A stretch of 64,000 nucleotides of DNA from a bacterium. GTDB lineage: Bacteria > UBA10199 > 2-02-FULL-50-16 > JAJFLM01. The position numbers and the translations under genes are program-made. The notes beneath the pieces are model-generated. The model was not told where the DNA came from. It made no database searches and was given only the letters and a program-made list of their open reading frames with translations. The stretch covers positions 1,152,001 through 1,216,000 of the forward strand of contig CBDCFN010000016.1 in the NCBI GenBank assembly GCA_965216315.1, written 5' to 3'. Below, piece after piece: positions 9,615-19,099 of this stretch (positions are counted from its first letter, which is position 1; each line of letters begins with the position of its first letter).

Positions 9615-11246
9615 GTGAAGGTGGCCCTTGGGCAATTTAATGCGACGATTGGAGATTTTTCAGGGAATCTGGAAAAAATCCTGGGCATGATTGCGCAGGC
9701 TGAAAAAGGGGGGGCAGAGCTCATTGTTTTTCCCGAGCTTGCCGTCTCAGGCTATCCACCGCGCGATTTATTAGAAAAAAAACATTTTATAGATTCCAAT
9801 TTGGAAGTGCTGCAGGCTTTGTTGCCGGCATCTCGTCGAATTGGGATCCTTATTGGTCATATTGCGAGGAATGAGCAACACGGTGAAAAGTCACTCTTGA
9901 ATGCAGCCAGTTTCATAACGGATGAGAGGATCCAGTTAACGTACGCGAAGCGACTTCTGCCAACTTATGATGTATTTGATGAGGAAAGATATTTTGCGTG
10001 CGGAAAGGTTCCGGGGTATTTTGAATTTGGCGGTCTGCGCTTTGGGGTGACGATCTGCGAAGATATTTGGAACGATAAGCGTTATTGGGAAGATCCGAAA
10101 TACAGTATTGATCCGGTCGCTGAGCTGGTGGAGCAGAGGGTTACACATATTCTGAACCTTTCCGCCTCTCCTTATGGGTGGGATAAGGAGGCTGTTCGTT
10201 TGGAAATGATTCGGGCCATCGCCAAGCGTTATGAAAGGCCGGTTTATTTTTGTAATTTGGTCGGAGGCAATGATGAGCTCGTATTTGACGGGCGATCCAC
10301 TGTAGTCAATTCAGGTGGTCAGGTTGTGGCGGAAGCCGCGTGCTTTGAGGATGATCTCTTGTTGGTGGATGATGTTGAGACCCTGCCGGAGGCGCAGATT
10401 GATCTCGAACGCGATCAGCGAGAGACGATTCTGAAAGCCTTGAGCCTTGGTGTCCATGATTATGTGACAAAATGCGGTTTTACTAAGGTGGTCTTGGGCC
10501 TTTCAGGCGGTGTTGACTCGGCTTTGGTCTTAAAAATTGCGGTTGAAGCGTTAGGCGCGGAGAACGTGGATGCGCTTATTATGCCGTCGCGCTATACCAG
10601 TTCCGAGACGCTGAGTGATGCCAAGCAGCTTGCGGAGCATCTGGGGATTACTCACCATGTTATTTCAATCGAGCCTATTTTTGAGGCGTATTTGACAAGT
10701 TTAAGGGAAGTGTTTGGAGCGTCGACTCCGGATACGACTGAAGAAAATATTCAAGCGCGTATTCGAGGGAATTTGCTCATGGCCTATTCCAATAAATATG
10801 GGCATTTATTGCTTTCCACTGGGAATAAATCGGAACTTTCTGTTGGCTACTGTACTCTCTATGGCGACATGTCGGGAGGACTTGCCGTCATCTCCGATAT
10901 TCCCAAGACACTCGTGTATGAATTGTGTGAATGGATCAATCGAGAGCGAGAGGAGATTCCACAGCGTATTCTGACGCGGCCGCCTTCGGCTGAACTAAGG
11001 CCTGATCAGAAAGATCAGGATTCGTTGCCGCCCTATAGTGTGCTTGACCCTATCCTGAAGGCCTACATTGAGGATCATCAAAGTCGTGAATCAATCATTG
11101 CGATGGGAAACGATGCCTCGATAGTGGATGAAGTCATTCGGCGGATCGTCCAAAATGAATATAAGCGTCAACAGATGCCAATCGGGATAAAGGTCAGCAA
11201 AAAGGCGTTTGGTATGGGGCGCCGTTTGCCGCTTGCCAAAAAATGA
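9615..11246 (+). CDS. nadE: Glutamine-dependent NAD+ synthetase
   Basis: Nitrilase domain (FPEL, ICEDIW) plus SGGVDS, ENIQARIRG, TGNKSE, YGD. Confidence 0.96.
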   Translation: MKVALGQFNATIGDFSGNLEKILGMIAQAEKGGAELIVFPELAVSGYPPRDLLEKKHFIDSNLEVLQALLPASRRIGILIGHIARNEQHGEKSLLNAASFITDERIQLTYAKRLLPTYDVFDEERYFACGKVPGYFEFGGLRFGVTICEDIWNDKRYWEDPKYSIDPVAELVEQRVTHILNLSASPYGWDKEAVRLEMIRAIAKRYERPVYFCNLVGGNDELVFDGRSTVVNSGGQVVAEAACFEDDLLLVDDVETLPEAQIDLERDQRETILKALSLGVHDYVTKCGFTKVVLGLSGGVDSALVLKIAVEALGAENVDALIMPSRYTSSETLSDAKQLAEHLGITHHVISIEPIFEAYLTSLREVFGASTPDTTEENIQARIRGNLLMAYSNKYGHLLLSTGNKSELSVGYCTLYGDMSGGLAVISDIPKTLVYELCEWINREREEIPQRILTRPPSAELRPDQKDQDSLPPYSVLDPILKAYIEDHQSRESIIAMGNDASIVDEVIRRIVQNEYKRQQMPIGIKVSKKAFGMGRRLPLAKK

Positions 11247-11944
11247 CACAGCCAACCGGTATTTTATATGTTGTCGCCACTCCCATAGGGAATTTGGAGG
11301 ATATATCTACGCGTGCGCAGCGGATTTTACGAGAAGTCGATATGATTGCTGCGGAAGATACGCGGCATACACGGAAATTGCTGACGCATTGTCAGATACA
11401 GAACCAACTCATTTCTTATCATGACCATAATGAGTCGAGGCAGAGTGAGGCGCTTATTAAAAAGCTTCTTTCTGGTCAGTCACTGGCGTTAGTGAGTGAC
11501 GCGGGCACGCCCTGTATTTCAGATCCAGGATATCGCTTGGTTCGTCGTTGTTCGGAATTAGCCATTCGAGTTATTCCAATCCCGGGGCCCTCCGCGGCTA
11601 TCGCAGCACTTTCGGCGGCAGGTCTTCCAACGCATCAATTTTATTTTGCCGGTTTTCCTCCATTAAAGGCGGGGAAGCGACGCAAGTTTTTCTTAGAGCT
11701 CGCTACTATTCCTGTCACGGTCGTGTTTTATGAATCACCCTATCGGATACAGAAAACATTGGAGATGATGCAGGAGTTAATGGGCAATCGTGAATGTGTG
11801 GTGGCCCGCGAACTTACCAAGGTCCATGAGGAGTTTATGCGAGGGCCTATTTCAGATGTGCGCCAGGCCATTGGAGCTAAAGGGGTTAAGGGGGAGTTTG
11901 TTATTTTGCTTTCGGGGTGCTCGGAGCCTGACGCCAAAAAGTAA
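11243..11944 (+). CDS. rsmI: 16S rRNA C1402 2'-O-methyltransferase
   Basis: LYVVATPIGNLEDIS, AEDTRHT, SDAGTP.ISDPG, ARELTK.HEE. Confidence 0.96.
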   Translation: MTQPTGILYVVATPIGNLEDISTRAQRILREVDMIAAEDTRHTRKLLTHCQIQNQLISYHDHNESRQSEALIKKLLSGQSLALVSDAGTPCISDPGYRLVRRCSELAIRVIPIPGPSAAIAALSAAGLPTHQFYFAGFPPLKAGKRRKFFLELATIPVTVVFYESPYRIQKTLEMMQELMGNRECVVARELTKVHEEFMRGPISDVRQAIGAKGVKGEFVILLSGCSEPDAKK

Positions 11945-12929
11945 CTTTTCCTGCCTTGGGGTCGGCGACGACCACGGTACCGTCATTCATGACTTCAATC
12001 CCGGTCGGTTCGCGTAAGTCAGGAGTTTTGGATGGCGTATCACCCCAAACCATATTAGGTCGAACGACGGTGCTGACGTCTTCGTGGGTCAGGCTGAGAC
12101 GTTGGATGCGATGATTTCCCGTGTCAGCAACGTAGACAAGGCCGTTCGAGTCAAGTGCAAGGCCTCGAGGGTCTCGGAGTTGGCCTGCTTCCGCTCCCAT
12201 CCCTCCCCATTTTTTCTTGAAAATTCCATCGCTGCTGAACAGTTGGATACGGTCATTTAAATCGATTACCCAGAGATTGCCCTCGTCATCACATTTTAGG
12301 CCCGTCGGGGCAAAAATACGTCCATCGCCGTCTCCCGATTCCCCAAACTCTTTGACGTAGGTTCCGTCGCTTTTGTACTGGATGATTTTGTCGCGGGCGA
12401 GGGCGGCGACAAAGATATTGCCCAAGGGGGAGACGCAGAGCCCACCTAATTGGGTGAACTTGCCTGGCTCGTCACCTCGTTCGCCGAATTGTCGGACGTA
12501 TTTCCCATCTGTACTGACGGCGTAAATGACGCCTTCGTACAGCTCGCCGACGTAAAGCGTGTTCAACCCGTCATAGGCAATCTTGACGGGAAACGCCATA
12601 CGCCTGTCTTGCGTTGCCTGGAGCATCCAGACCATTTTGCCCTCGGGGCTGAGCTTGATGACCGCGCGATTGCCTATATCCGTCACGTAAACAGATCCAT
12701 CGTTGCCGATGGCGATGTCGGCTGGCTTGACGAGTTGAATTTCGCTCGTCAGCAGCGTGATTTCACTGATTTTCTCATAGGGTGGCTCGGCCGGGACGAT
12801 GGGTAGTGAGACCACCTTGGCGCCTTTTTCGGACTTGGGGACCATTTTAAGATTTTTTGCGTGAAGCGCTGGCGGACTCAGGAGGAGGATGAGCGCGAAG
12901 CCTAACAATATCGTATACTTATATAACAT
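11901..12929 (-). CDS. Secreted NHL-repeat beta-propeller protein
   Basis: Signal peptide; repeated P.GIA.D..G.VYVADTGNHRIQ units. Confidence 0.85.
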   Translation of the reverse strand: MLYKYTILLGFALILLLSPPALHAKNLKMVPKSEKGAKVVSLPIVPAEPPYEKISEITLLTSEIQLVKPADIAIGNDGSVYVTDIGNRAVIKLSPEGKMVWMLQATQDRRMAFPVKIAYDGLNTLYVGELYEGVIYAVSTDGKYVRQFGERGDEPGKFTQLGGLCVSPLGNIFVAALARDKIIQYKSDGTYVKEFGESGDGDGRIFAPTGLKCDDEGNLWVIDLNDRIQLFSSDGIFKKKWGGMGAEAGQLRDPRGLALDSNGLVYVADTGNHRIQRLSLTHEDVSTVVRPNMVWGDTPSKTPDLREPTGIEVMNDGTVVVADPKAGKVTFWRQAPSTPKAK

Positions 12930-13084
12930 GCTTCAATGATGATTATAAGGGATTTTACCTGTCGAACGCAACCGGTCAATGAGCTAAGGGTTCAAAATTA
13001 GGGTGTTTTTTGGCATGATTTGAACTTGCCATGGTCCATGGCATATGGCATAGAGAGGACAGATTTTCCGGCTGCTCTATCTGG

Positions 13085-13113
13085 AAAGTGGGCCTCATGC
13101 CCGCTTTTTTTTT
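13085..13113 (+). promoter_or_regulatory. rimP leader hairpin / attenuator-like element
   Basis: AAAGTGGGC-CTCAT-GCCCGCTTTTTTTT stem-loop plus U-tract immediately upstream of rimP. Confidence 0.65.
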
Positions 13114-13124
13114 CGGCTATTGTG

Positions 13125-13571
13125 ATGGATATGAATCTGGAATCGATGATTGCGACGCGTTTGGCGGAAATGGGTTTTGAACTCGTTGATTTGCAATGTG
13201 TCGGCTCTCCAAGTGGTAAGCGCGTTCTCATTAGAGCGGATCGGGAAGGAGGGATAACGGTTGGGGATTGCCAGTCGATTTCCCGAGAGTTGGGTCCGCT
13301 ATTGGAAGCTGAGCAGTGGAGTCTGGGTTCTTTTAATCTCGAAGTCAGTTCACCTGGGCTGGATAGGCCCTTGAAAAAGCTCGAAGACGTTAAACGTTTC
13401 GTTGGTAAAAAAGCGGCAATCAAAACAAAGACGGCACAGGATGGCAGACGACACTACAAGGGGTGCTTGAGCCGAGTTCGGGGGAATACGGTTGTCATGC
13501 AGATTGACGAAAGAGAATTTGAGATTGATTGGGATGATGTGTTGAAGGCGCATTTGGTTTTTGAAGGCTAA
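13125..13571 (+). CDS. rimP: Ribosome maturation factor RimP
   Basis: GITVGDCQSISR, LEVSSPGLDRPL; start chosen downstream of the leader hairpin. Confidence 0.93.
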   Translation: MDMNLESMIATRLAEMGFELVDLQCVGSPSGKRVLIRADREGGITVGDCQSISRELGPLLEAEQWSLGSFNLEVSSPGLDRPLKKLEDVKRFVGKKAAIKTKTAQDGRRHYKGCLSRVRGNTVVMQIDEREFEIDWDDVLKAHLVFEG

Positions 13572-13594
13572 TTAGGATTGTAAGGAGCAATAAG

Positions 13595-15076
13595 ATGTTG
13601 GCAGATTTAGGACGTGTTATTGACCAAGTCAGTAAGGACAAGGGAATCCCTAAAGAGATAATAGTTGATGCGCTGGAAGCCGCGATGCTGACGGCTGCAC
13701 GCAAGAAATTCGGCCAAGAACGAGAGATTGAGGCGCATTATAATCCTGAATTGTCTGAAGTAGAGCTTTTTCAGTTTCGAACGGTTGTGGAGGAGCTTGA
13801 AAATGAATTTACAGAGGTCGGAGTTGATGAAGCAAAGCATTTAGATCCCGATGCCGAGCTCGGAGATAGTATTGGTGAAAAGCTGGATTCGTCATTGTTT
13901 GGCCGGATTGCAGCGCAAACAGCCAAGCAAGTTATTATTCAAAAAGTCCGCGATGCCGAGCAGGAAATTATCTACAACGAATACAAAGACCGCATCGGAG
14001 AGCTTATTACCGGAGTTGTCCGGAGGGTTGAAAAAGGAAATATCATTATTGACCTGGGACGGACTGAAGCGATTGCGCCCTATCGTGAGCAAGTGCCTTC
14101 AGAATCATATCGACCGGGAGAGCGTCTCCAAGGTTATTGTGTTCGAGTTGATCCGGTTGGTCGTGGTCCACAAATTGTTGTTTCACGGCGGCATACAGGG
14201 CTCTTGACCAAACTCTTTGAAATGGAAGTTCCGGAGATTGCAGAACGTATTGTCGAGATTAAGGCGGCGGCCCGTGAACCGGGAGGGCGTTCTAAGATTG
14301 CCGTTTATTCGCGTGACGCGGATGTAGACCCCGTAGGGGCTTGTGTTGGTATGAAGGGGTCACGTGTTCAGAGTGTTGTTCAAGAACTCAGGGGTGAAAA
14401 GATTGATATTGTGAGCTGGAATCCGGATACGGCGCAGTTTGTATGTAATGCGATCGCTCCGGCGGAAGTATCAAAAGTCATTATCAACGAAAAGACTCAT
14501 ACGATGGAGGTCGTTGTTCCCGATGATCAACTTTCATTGGCAATAGGAAAGCGAGGGCAGAATGTCCGTTTAGCGTCGGAATTGACGGGATGGAATATTG
14601 ACATTTGTAGCGAACAAAAGCTCGAGGAAATGGCCAAGCGTGCCAAGCGCGTTCTTGTTTTAGCTTTGGGTGTTGAAGATTCTATGGCAACAATTCTGTA
14701 CAGCCAGGCATTTCGCTCCGCTGCCGAGATTGCCGAGGCACCGTTAGAACAGCTCGCTAAAATACCCGGCATAAGCGAAGAACGTATTCAGCAGATTGCG
14801 ACAAAGGCCAAGGAATATATCGAGAAGAAGAGTCAAGCTGAAGCAGAAGGGCGTGATTTAGACGCCGAGCTGCTGGAGCAGGATAAGGCAAGTATGGAAG
14901 CGCAAGCCCAAGAAGAAGCACAGGAGCAGGAACCGGAAGAGGCGCAGGAAGAGGAACAGAAAGGTGACGCAACAGAAGAAGTAACGGCGGAAGAAGTTTC
15001 TGAGGTAAGTCAAGAACCTGACGAAGCGCCTGCTGAGGAGCAAGAATTATCTAATGAGGATGAGTTACAAGAGTAA
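13595..15076 (+). CDS. nusA: Transcription termination/antitermination factor NusA
   Basis: GRIAAQTAKQVI, S1 and KH domains, AIGKRGQNVRLA; acidic C-terminal tail. Confidence 0.97.
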   Translation: MLADLGRVIDQVSKDKGIPKEIIVDALEAAMLTAARKKFGQEREIEAHYNPELSEVELFQFRTVVEELENEFTEVGVDEAKHLDPDAELGDSIGEKLDSSLFGRIAAQTAKQVIIQKVRDAEQEIIYNEYKDRIGELITGVVRRVEKGNIIIDLGRTEAIAPYREQVPSESYRPGERLQGYCVRVDPVGRGPQIVVSRRHTGLLTKLFEMEVPEIAERIVEIKAAAREPGGRSKIAVYSRDADVDPVGACVGMKGSRVQSVVQELRGEKIDIVSWNPDTAQFVCNAIAPAEVSKVIINEKTHTMEVVVPDDQLSLAIGKRGQNVRLASELTGWNIDICSEQKLEEMAKRAKRVLVLALGVEDSMATILYSQAFRSAAEIAEAPLEQLAKIPGISEERIQQIATKAKEYIEKKSQAEAEGRDLDAELLEQDKASMEAQAQEEAQEQEPEEAQEEEQKGDATEEVTAEEVSEVSQEPDEAPAEEQELSNEDELQE

Positions 15077-17421
15077 TGAGTGAACCGGAAAAGACACAAA
15101 GATCCGAGATCGTCGAAAAACGCGTCACCGGAACGGTTATTAGGCGGCGAGCGAAGAAGGTAGTAGAGAAGCCACCTGAAAAAGAGAGCGCGCCGGCTGT
15201 TGCCGAAGACGCGGTGAAGTCAGTAGCTCCTGAGCCGACTGTCGAAACACCCACCAAGAAAACAGCAAAAACTAAGCCGGCGCCGGAGCCTCAGGTGGTT
15301 GCTAAAGAAGCTGCAGAGGTAGAGGAGTCGAAGGTTGAGTCAAAAGAAGAAAAGACTTCCGTGCTAGCTGAAAAGCTTGAACCGCCAGAAGAAAAGGCTG
15401 CTGAAAAAGCAAAAGCGAAGCGTGGGCCTAAGGTCAAGCGTACTAAAGATGATCTCTTAATGGATGAATATGAGCGTGCCGGGGGCCTTAAGCAGGTGGC
15501 TGTTGAGGCGACCATTGAAGACGCGACCGATGACGTAGAAGTGGCAGTTGTCCCTGAGCCGATGGAACGTCTATTTAAGCCGGAGCGGCAACAGAGACGC
15601 GGTAAGCGGGTGACCGGGCGCAAGGATTTTAAGAAAACCGTTGTTACGACCCCGAGCGCCAAGAAGCGTAAGATCCGAGTGAATGAAAACATTACCGTCG
15701 CGGACTTTGCCAACGCCATGTCAATTAAGGGTACGGACGTGATGAAAAAGTTGATCGGCATGGGCACTATGGTGACGCTTAATGACCGCATCGACGTCGA
15801 TACGGCTGAGATCATCGCAGGTGAATACGGTTTTGAAATTGAGAACGTGTCCTTCAAAGAGGAAGAATTTATTCCCTCAAAGAAACAGGAAGATGTTTCC
15901 GCCGAAGCTTTAGAGCCGCGCGCGCCCGTTGTGACCGTGATGGGTCATGTCGACCATGGAAAGACGAGCCTGCTGGATTATATTCGCAAAGAAAAGGTGG
16001 CGGCCGGTGAGGCAGGCGGTATTACGCAGCATATTGGGGCGTATCAAGTTCAGATTCCCAGGGGGACGATTACCTTTGTCGATACGCCGGGCCATGAGGC
16101 CTTTACTTCGATGCGTGCCCGAGGTGCCCAAGTGACCGATATTGTGGTGCTCGTAGTGGCCGCCGATGATGGTGTGAAGCCCCAGACGATTGAGGCCTTG
16201 GATCATGCCAGGGCTGCTGAGGTTCCCATTATTGTGGCCATTAATAAAATGGATGCCGCCGGGGCCAATCCCGATGATGTGAAACGACAATTGGCGGAGC
16301 AGAATTTATTAGCTGAGGACTGGGGGGGTGAGGTCATTATGGTGCCCGTGTCGGCACACACGGGGGAAGGTATTGAAACTCTCTTGGAAATGCTGGTTCT
16401 GCAGGCGGAAATGTTGGAGTTGAAAGCCAATCCCAACAAATTGGCAGAAGGTTTTGTCATTGAGGCGCGCTTAGAAAAGGGCCGTGGCCCGCTATGCAGT
16501 GTCATTGTTAAAGAGGGGACCTTGCGGAAAGGCGATCCTATAGTCGCCGGTATCTATGGGGGGCGTGTGCGGGCCATGCACGATTCAACGGGCAAAGATT
16601 TAAAAGAGGCCGGACCTTCAATGGCAGTTGAGCTGATAGGGCTGTCGGGTGTGCCGGGTGCCGGTGACGATCTTCATGCGCTCGCAAATGATGATGACGT
16701 GAAGCGTGTGGTCGGTTATCGCAAAGAGGGCGAGCGGAGTCATAGGCTTGCCAGTCAAAAGACTACAAGTATTGATGATCTTTTCTTGCAGATCAAAGAA
16801 GGTGAAAGGACTGAGCTTAAAGTCGTGATCAAGGCAGATGTCCAGGGCTCGATTGAGGCACTTAAGGCTTCACTAGAACAGTTGACCACGGAGAAGGTGA
16901 CGTTGAGTGTCATTCACAGCTCGGTGGGAGCTGTTACGGAATCGGATGTGATGTTGGCCGAGGCCAGTCGTGCCATGATTGTCGGTTTTAATGTGAGCCC
17001 TGACAGTAAGGCGCGCAAAATGGCAGAGAGCATGGGTGTAACAATAAAGATTTACCGTGTTATCTATGAGGCCATTGATGAAGTTAAGAAGGCAATGGAA
17101 GGTCTTTTGGCTCCGACTTTTGAGGAAGAATATCTGGGTCGCGCGGAGGTGAGGGATATTTTTAACGTTTCAAAGGCCGGCACCATCGCTGGGTCTTTTG
17201 TTGTCGATGGGAAGATTACCCGGGGATGCAATATCAGGGTCGTCCGGGATGGCGCGATAGTCTACGAGGGTAAAATTAGCAGTCTTAAGCGTTTTAAGGA
17301 AGATGCCAAAGAGGTTGCCCAGGGATATGAATGCGGAATTGGGGTTGAGAATTTTAACGATATAAAGGTAGGCGATGTTCTTGAAAGCTACCAGATGAAA
17401 CAAATTGCCAGCACTCTTTAA
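15076..17421 (+). CDS. infB: Translation initiation factor IF-2
   Basis: [32 protein letters not shown]. Confidence 0.98.
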   Translation: MSEPEKTQRSEIVEKRVTGTVIRRRAKKVVEKPPEKESAPAVAEDAVKSVAPEPTVETPTKKTAKTKPAPEPQVVAKEAAEVEESKVESKEEKTSVLAEKLEPPEEKAAEKAKAKRGPKVKRTKDDLLMDEYERAGGLKQVAVEATIEDATDDVEVAVVPEPMERLFKPERQQRRGKRVTGRKDFKKTVVTTPSAKKRKIRVNENITVADFANAMSIKGTDVMKKLIGMGTMVTLNDRIDVDTAEIIAGEYGFEIENVSFKEEEFIPSKKQEDVSAEALEPRAPVVTVMGHVDHGKTSLLDYIRKEKVAAGEAGGITQHIGAYQVQIPRGTITFVDTPGHEAFTSMRARGAQVTDIVVLVVAADDGVKPQTIEALDHARAAEVPIIVAINKMDAAGANPDDVKRQLAEQNLLAEDWGGEVIMVPVSAHTGEGIETLLEMLVLQAEMLELKANPNKLAEGFVIEARLEKGRGPLCSVIVKEGTLRKGDPIVAGIYGGRVRAMHDSTGKDLKEAGPSMAVELIGLSGVPGAGDDLHALANDDDVKRVVGYRKEGERSHRLASQKTTSIDDLFLQIKEGERTELKVVIKADVQGSIEALKASLEQLTTEKVTLSVIHSSVGAVTESDVMLAEASRAMIVGFNVSPDSKARKMAESMGVTIKIYRVIYEAIDEVKKAMEGLLAPTFEEEYLGRAEVRDIFNVSKAGTIAGSFVVDGKITRGCNIRVVRDGAIVYEGKISSLKRFKEDAKEVAQGYECGIGVENFNDIKVGDVLESYQMKQIASTL

Positions 17422-17462
17422 GTGAAATTTTCATTTCGCTCTTATCATTTGCACTAAAATAT

Positions 17463-17822
17463 ATGTTGAAAGACGGTTCCAAGCATAGGGTTGAACAGGT
17501 TTCTGATTTGCTTAGGTGTGAATTGTCCAGCATTATGCTGCTTGAAGTTCGTGATCCGCGACTGCAAGGGGTAACTGTGACCCAAGTCAGACTGTCTCCG
17601 GACTTAAAGGAAGCTCGCGTCTATTATGATTGGATGGGGTCAGCTGAATCACGCGCTGATGTTGAAAGAGCCTTGAGGAAGAGTGCCGCGTATATCAGAC
17701 GTTCATTGGCGAAAAAGATAGAGATGAAGCAGGTGCCGCACTTGCAATTTCATTTTGATGAAACGCGCGAATTTTATGATAAGGCGACACGCCTTTTAGG
17801 CGAGACTGAGTCGCAAAAATGA
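17463..17822 (+). CDS. rbfA: Ribosome-binding factor A
   Basis: RDPRL, VTQVRLSPDL, VPHLQFHFD; position after infB. Confidence 0.93.
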   Translation: MLKDGSKHRVEQVSDLLRCELSSIMLLEVRDPRLQGVTVTQVRLSPDLKEARVYYDWMGSAESRADVERALRKSAAYIRRSLAKKIEMKQVPHLQFHFDETREFYDKATRLLGETESQK

Positions 17823-18520
17823 GCTTAAACGGCTTGATTGTCATCGATAAGCCCGCTGATTGGACGTCTCATGATGTCGTGCGCAAGGTGAAACGTCTGC
17901 TTAAGGCGCGAAAGGTCGGACATACGGGGACGTTGGATCCCGCCGCGACTGGGGTACTCGTCCTTTGTCTCAATGAAGCCACCCGACAGGCAGCGAGCAT
18001 TACCGATCATCGGAAGATTTACGAAGCCTCGATTTCTTTAGGAACTGCGACGGATACGGGAGATAAGGATGGGATAGTGACGGAAACGGCCGCTGTGCCG
18101 GTCCTGTCTGAAGCTCAGCTTAGGGAGGTGCTGAAACGCTTTGAGGGCGAAATCGAACAAGTGGTTCCTTTATACAGCGCCGTGAAAGTCCAAGGCAAAA
18201 GGCTTTATCAGTGGGCGCGACAGGGGAAAGGCGATGAGGTCGTTCGCCCGCGCCGTCGGGTAACGATTGAGTCGGTTGAGTTGAGATCCTGGACGCAGCA
18301 AAGCCTGGAAATTCAGGTGACGTGCTCAAAAGGGACGTTTATTCGTGCTTTGGCCGAGGATATCGGCCGGGCGATCGGGGTGCCGGCTCACCTGGGGGCC
18401 TTAAGGCGGGTCCAACAGGGGCCCTTTAGCCTGGATCAAGCGATTACGCTCGAGCAATTGGAGAGGGCGACGGCAGACCCGCAATCCGCAACGGAGGCTT
18501 GGCTGCTGCCATGTCCTTAG
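17819..18520 (+). CDS. truB: tRNA pseudouridine(55) synthase
   Basis: TSHDVV, GHTGTLDPAATGVL, YSAVK..G..LY, CSKGTFIR. Confidence 0.96.
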   Translation: MSLNGLIVIDKPADWTSHDVVRKVKRLLKARKVGHTGTLDPAATGVLVLCLNEATRQAASITDHRKIYEASISLGTATDTGDKDGIVTETAAVPVLSEAQLREVLKRFEGEIEQVVPLYSAVKVQGKRLYQWARQGKGDEVVRPRRRVTIESVELRSWTQQSLEIQVTCSKGTFIRALAEDIGRAIGVPAHLGALRRVQQGPFSLDQAITLEQLERATADPQSATEAWLLPCP

Positions 18521-18651
18521 AAGGCGCTTACGTCTTGCCAGGGGGAGGTGAATCGCCTAAACTAGGCGACAGTGGGGGCGCATCCGGCCTTTACAAGAGA
18601 TGGGCCCTATGTTAGGCATCGGGCGCATACGAAGTTTAATCTGGAGGATTA

Positions 18652-18918
18652 ATGGCTGAAGAGCAGTCTAAAAGTGTGATTATTGGCAAGCACCAGGTAC
18701 ACCAAACGGATACGGGGTCTCCTGAGGTGCAGATAGCGCTTATGAGCGAGCGCATTGCGCACCTTAACAATCACTTTAAATCACATGCAAAGGACCATCA
18801 AACTCGTCGAGGTCTCTTGAAGCTCGTCGGACAGCGGCGCCGGCTCTTAGCCTATCTCAAGAAGAAGAATATAGAACGTTACAGAAAGATTACGCAGGAG
18901 CTTGGCCTCAGAAAGTAA
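18652..18918 (+). CDS. rpsO: 30S ribosomal protein S15
   Basis: [25 protein letters not shown]. Confidence 0.98.
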   Translation: MAEEQSKSVIIGKHQVHQTDTGSPEVQIALMSERIAHLNNHFKSHAKDHQTRRGLLKLVGQRRRLLAYLKKKNIERYRKITQELGLRK

Positions 18919-18937
18919 TTCCTGTTCTGAGTTGGCC

Positions 18938-19030
18938 CGGTCTGCGAGACGGCTGATAATTTAATAGCATGGAGGGAAGAGACGAGGTCCCGCGATGATA
19001 TTAAGTTATCAGTTGCCCGCCGCAAAACCG
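18938..19030 (+). promoter_or_regulatory. Long stem-loop in the rpsO-pnp leader (probable RNase III site)
   Basis: CTGATAATTTAATA pairs with TATTAAGTTATCAG; outer arms CGGT..GCG / CGC..ACCG. Confidence 0.6.
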
Positions 19031-19099
19031 AATCATCTCATCACAACAAAGCCACTCCATATCTTAGCGTAGTCGCGTCTGATATTGGAGGAAAAGAAT

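Noticed and set aside
14860..15420. Acidic NusA tail and Lys/Glu/Pro-rich IF-2 N-terminus as DNA repeats
   Set aside because: Low-complexity disordered protein regions common in these families; no discrete repeat unit
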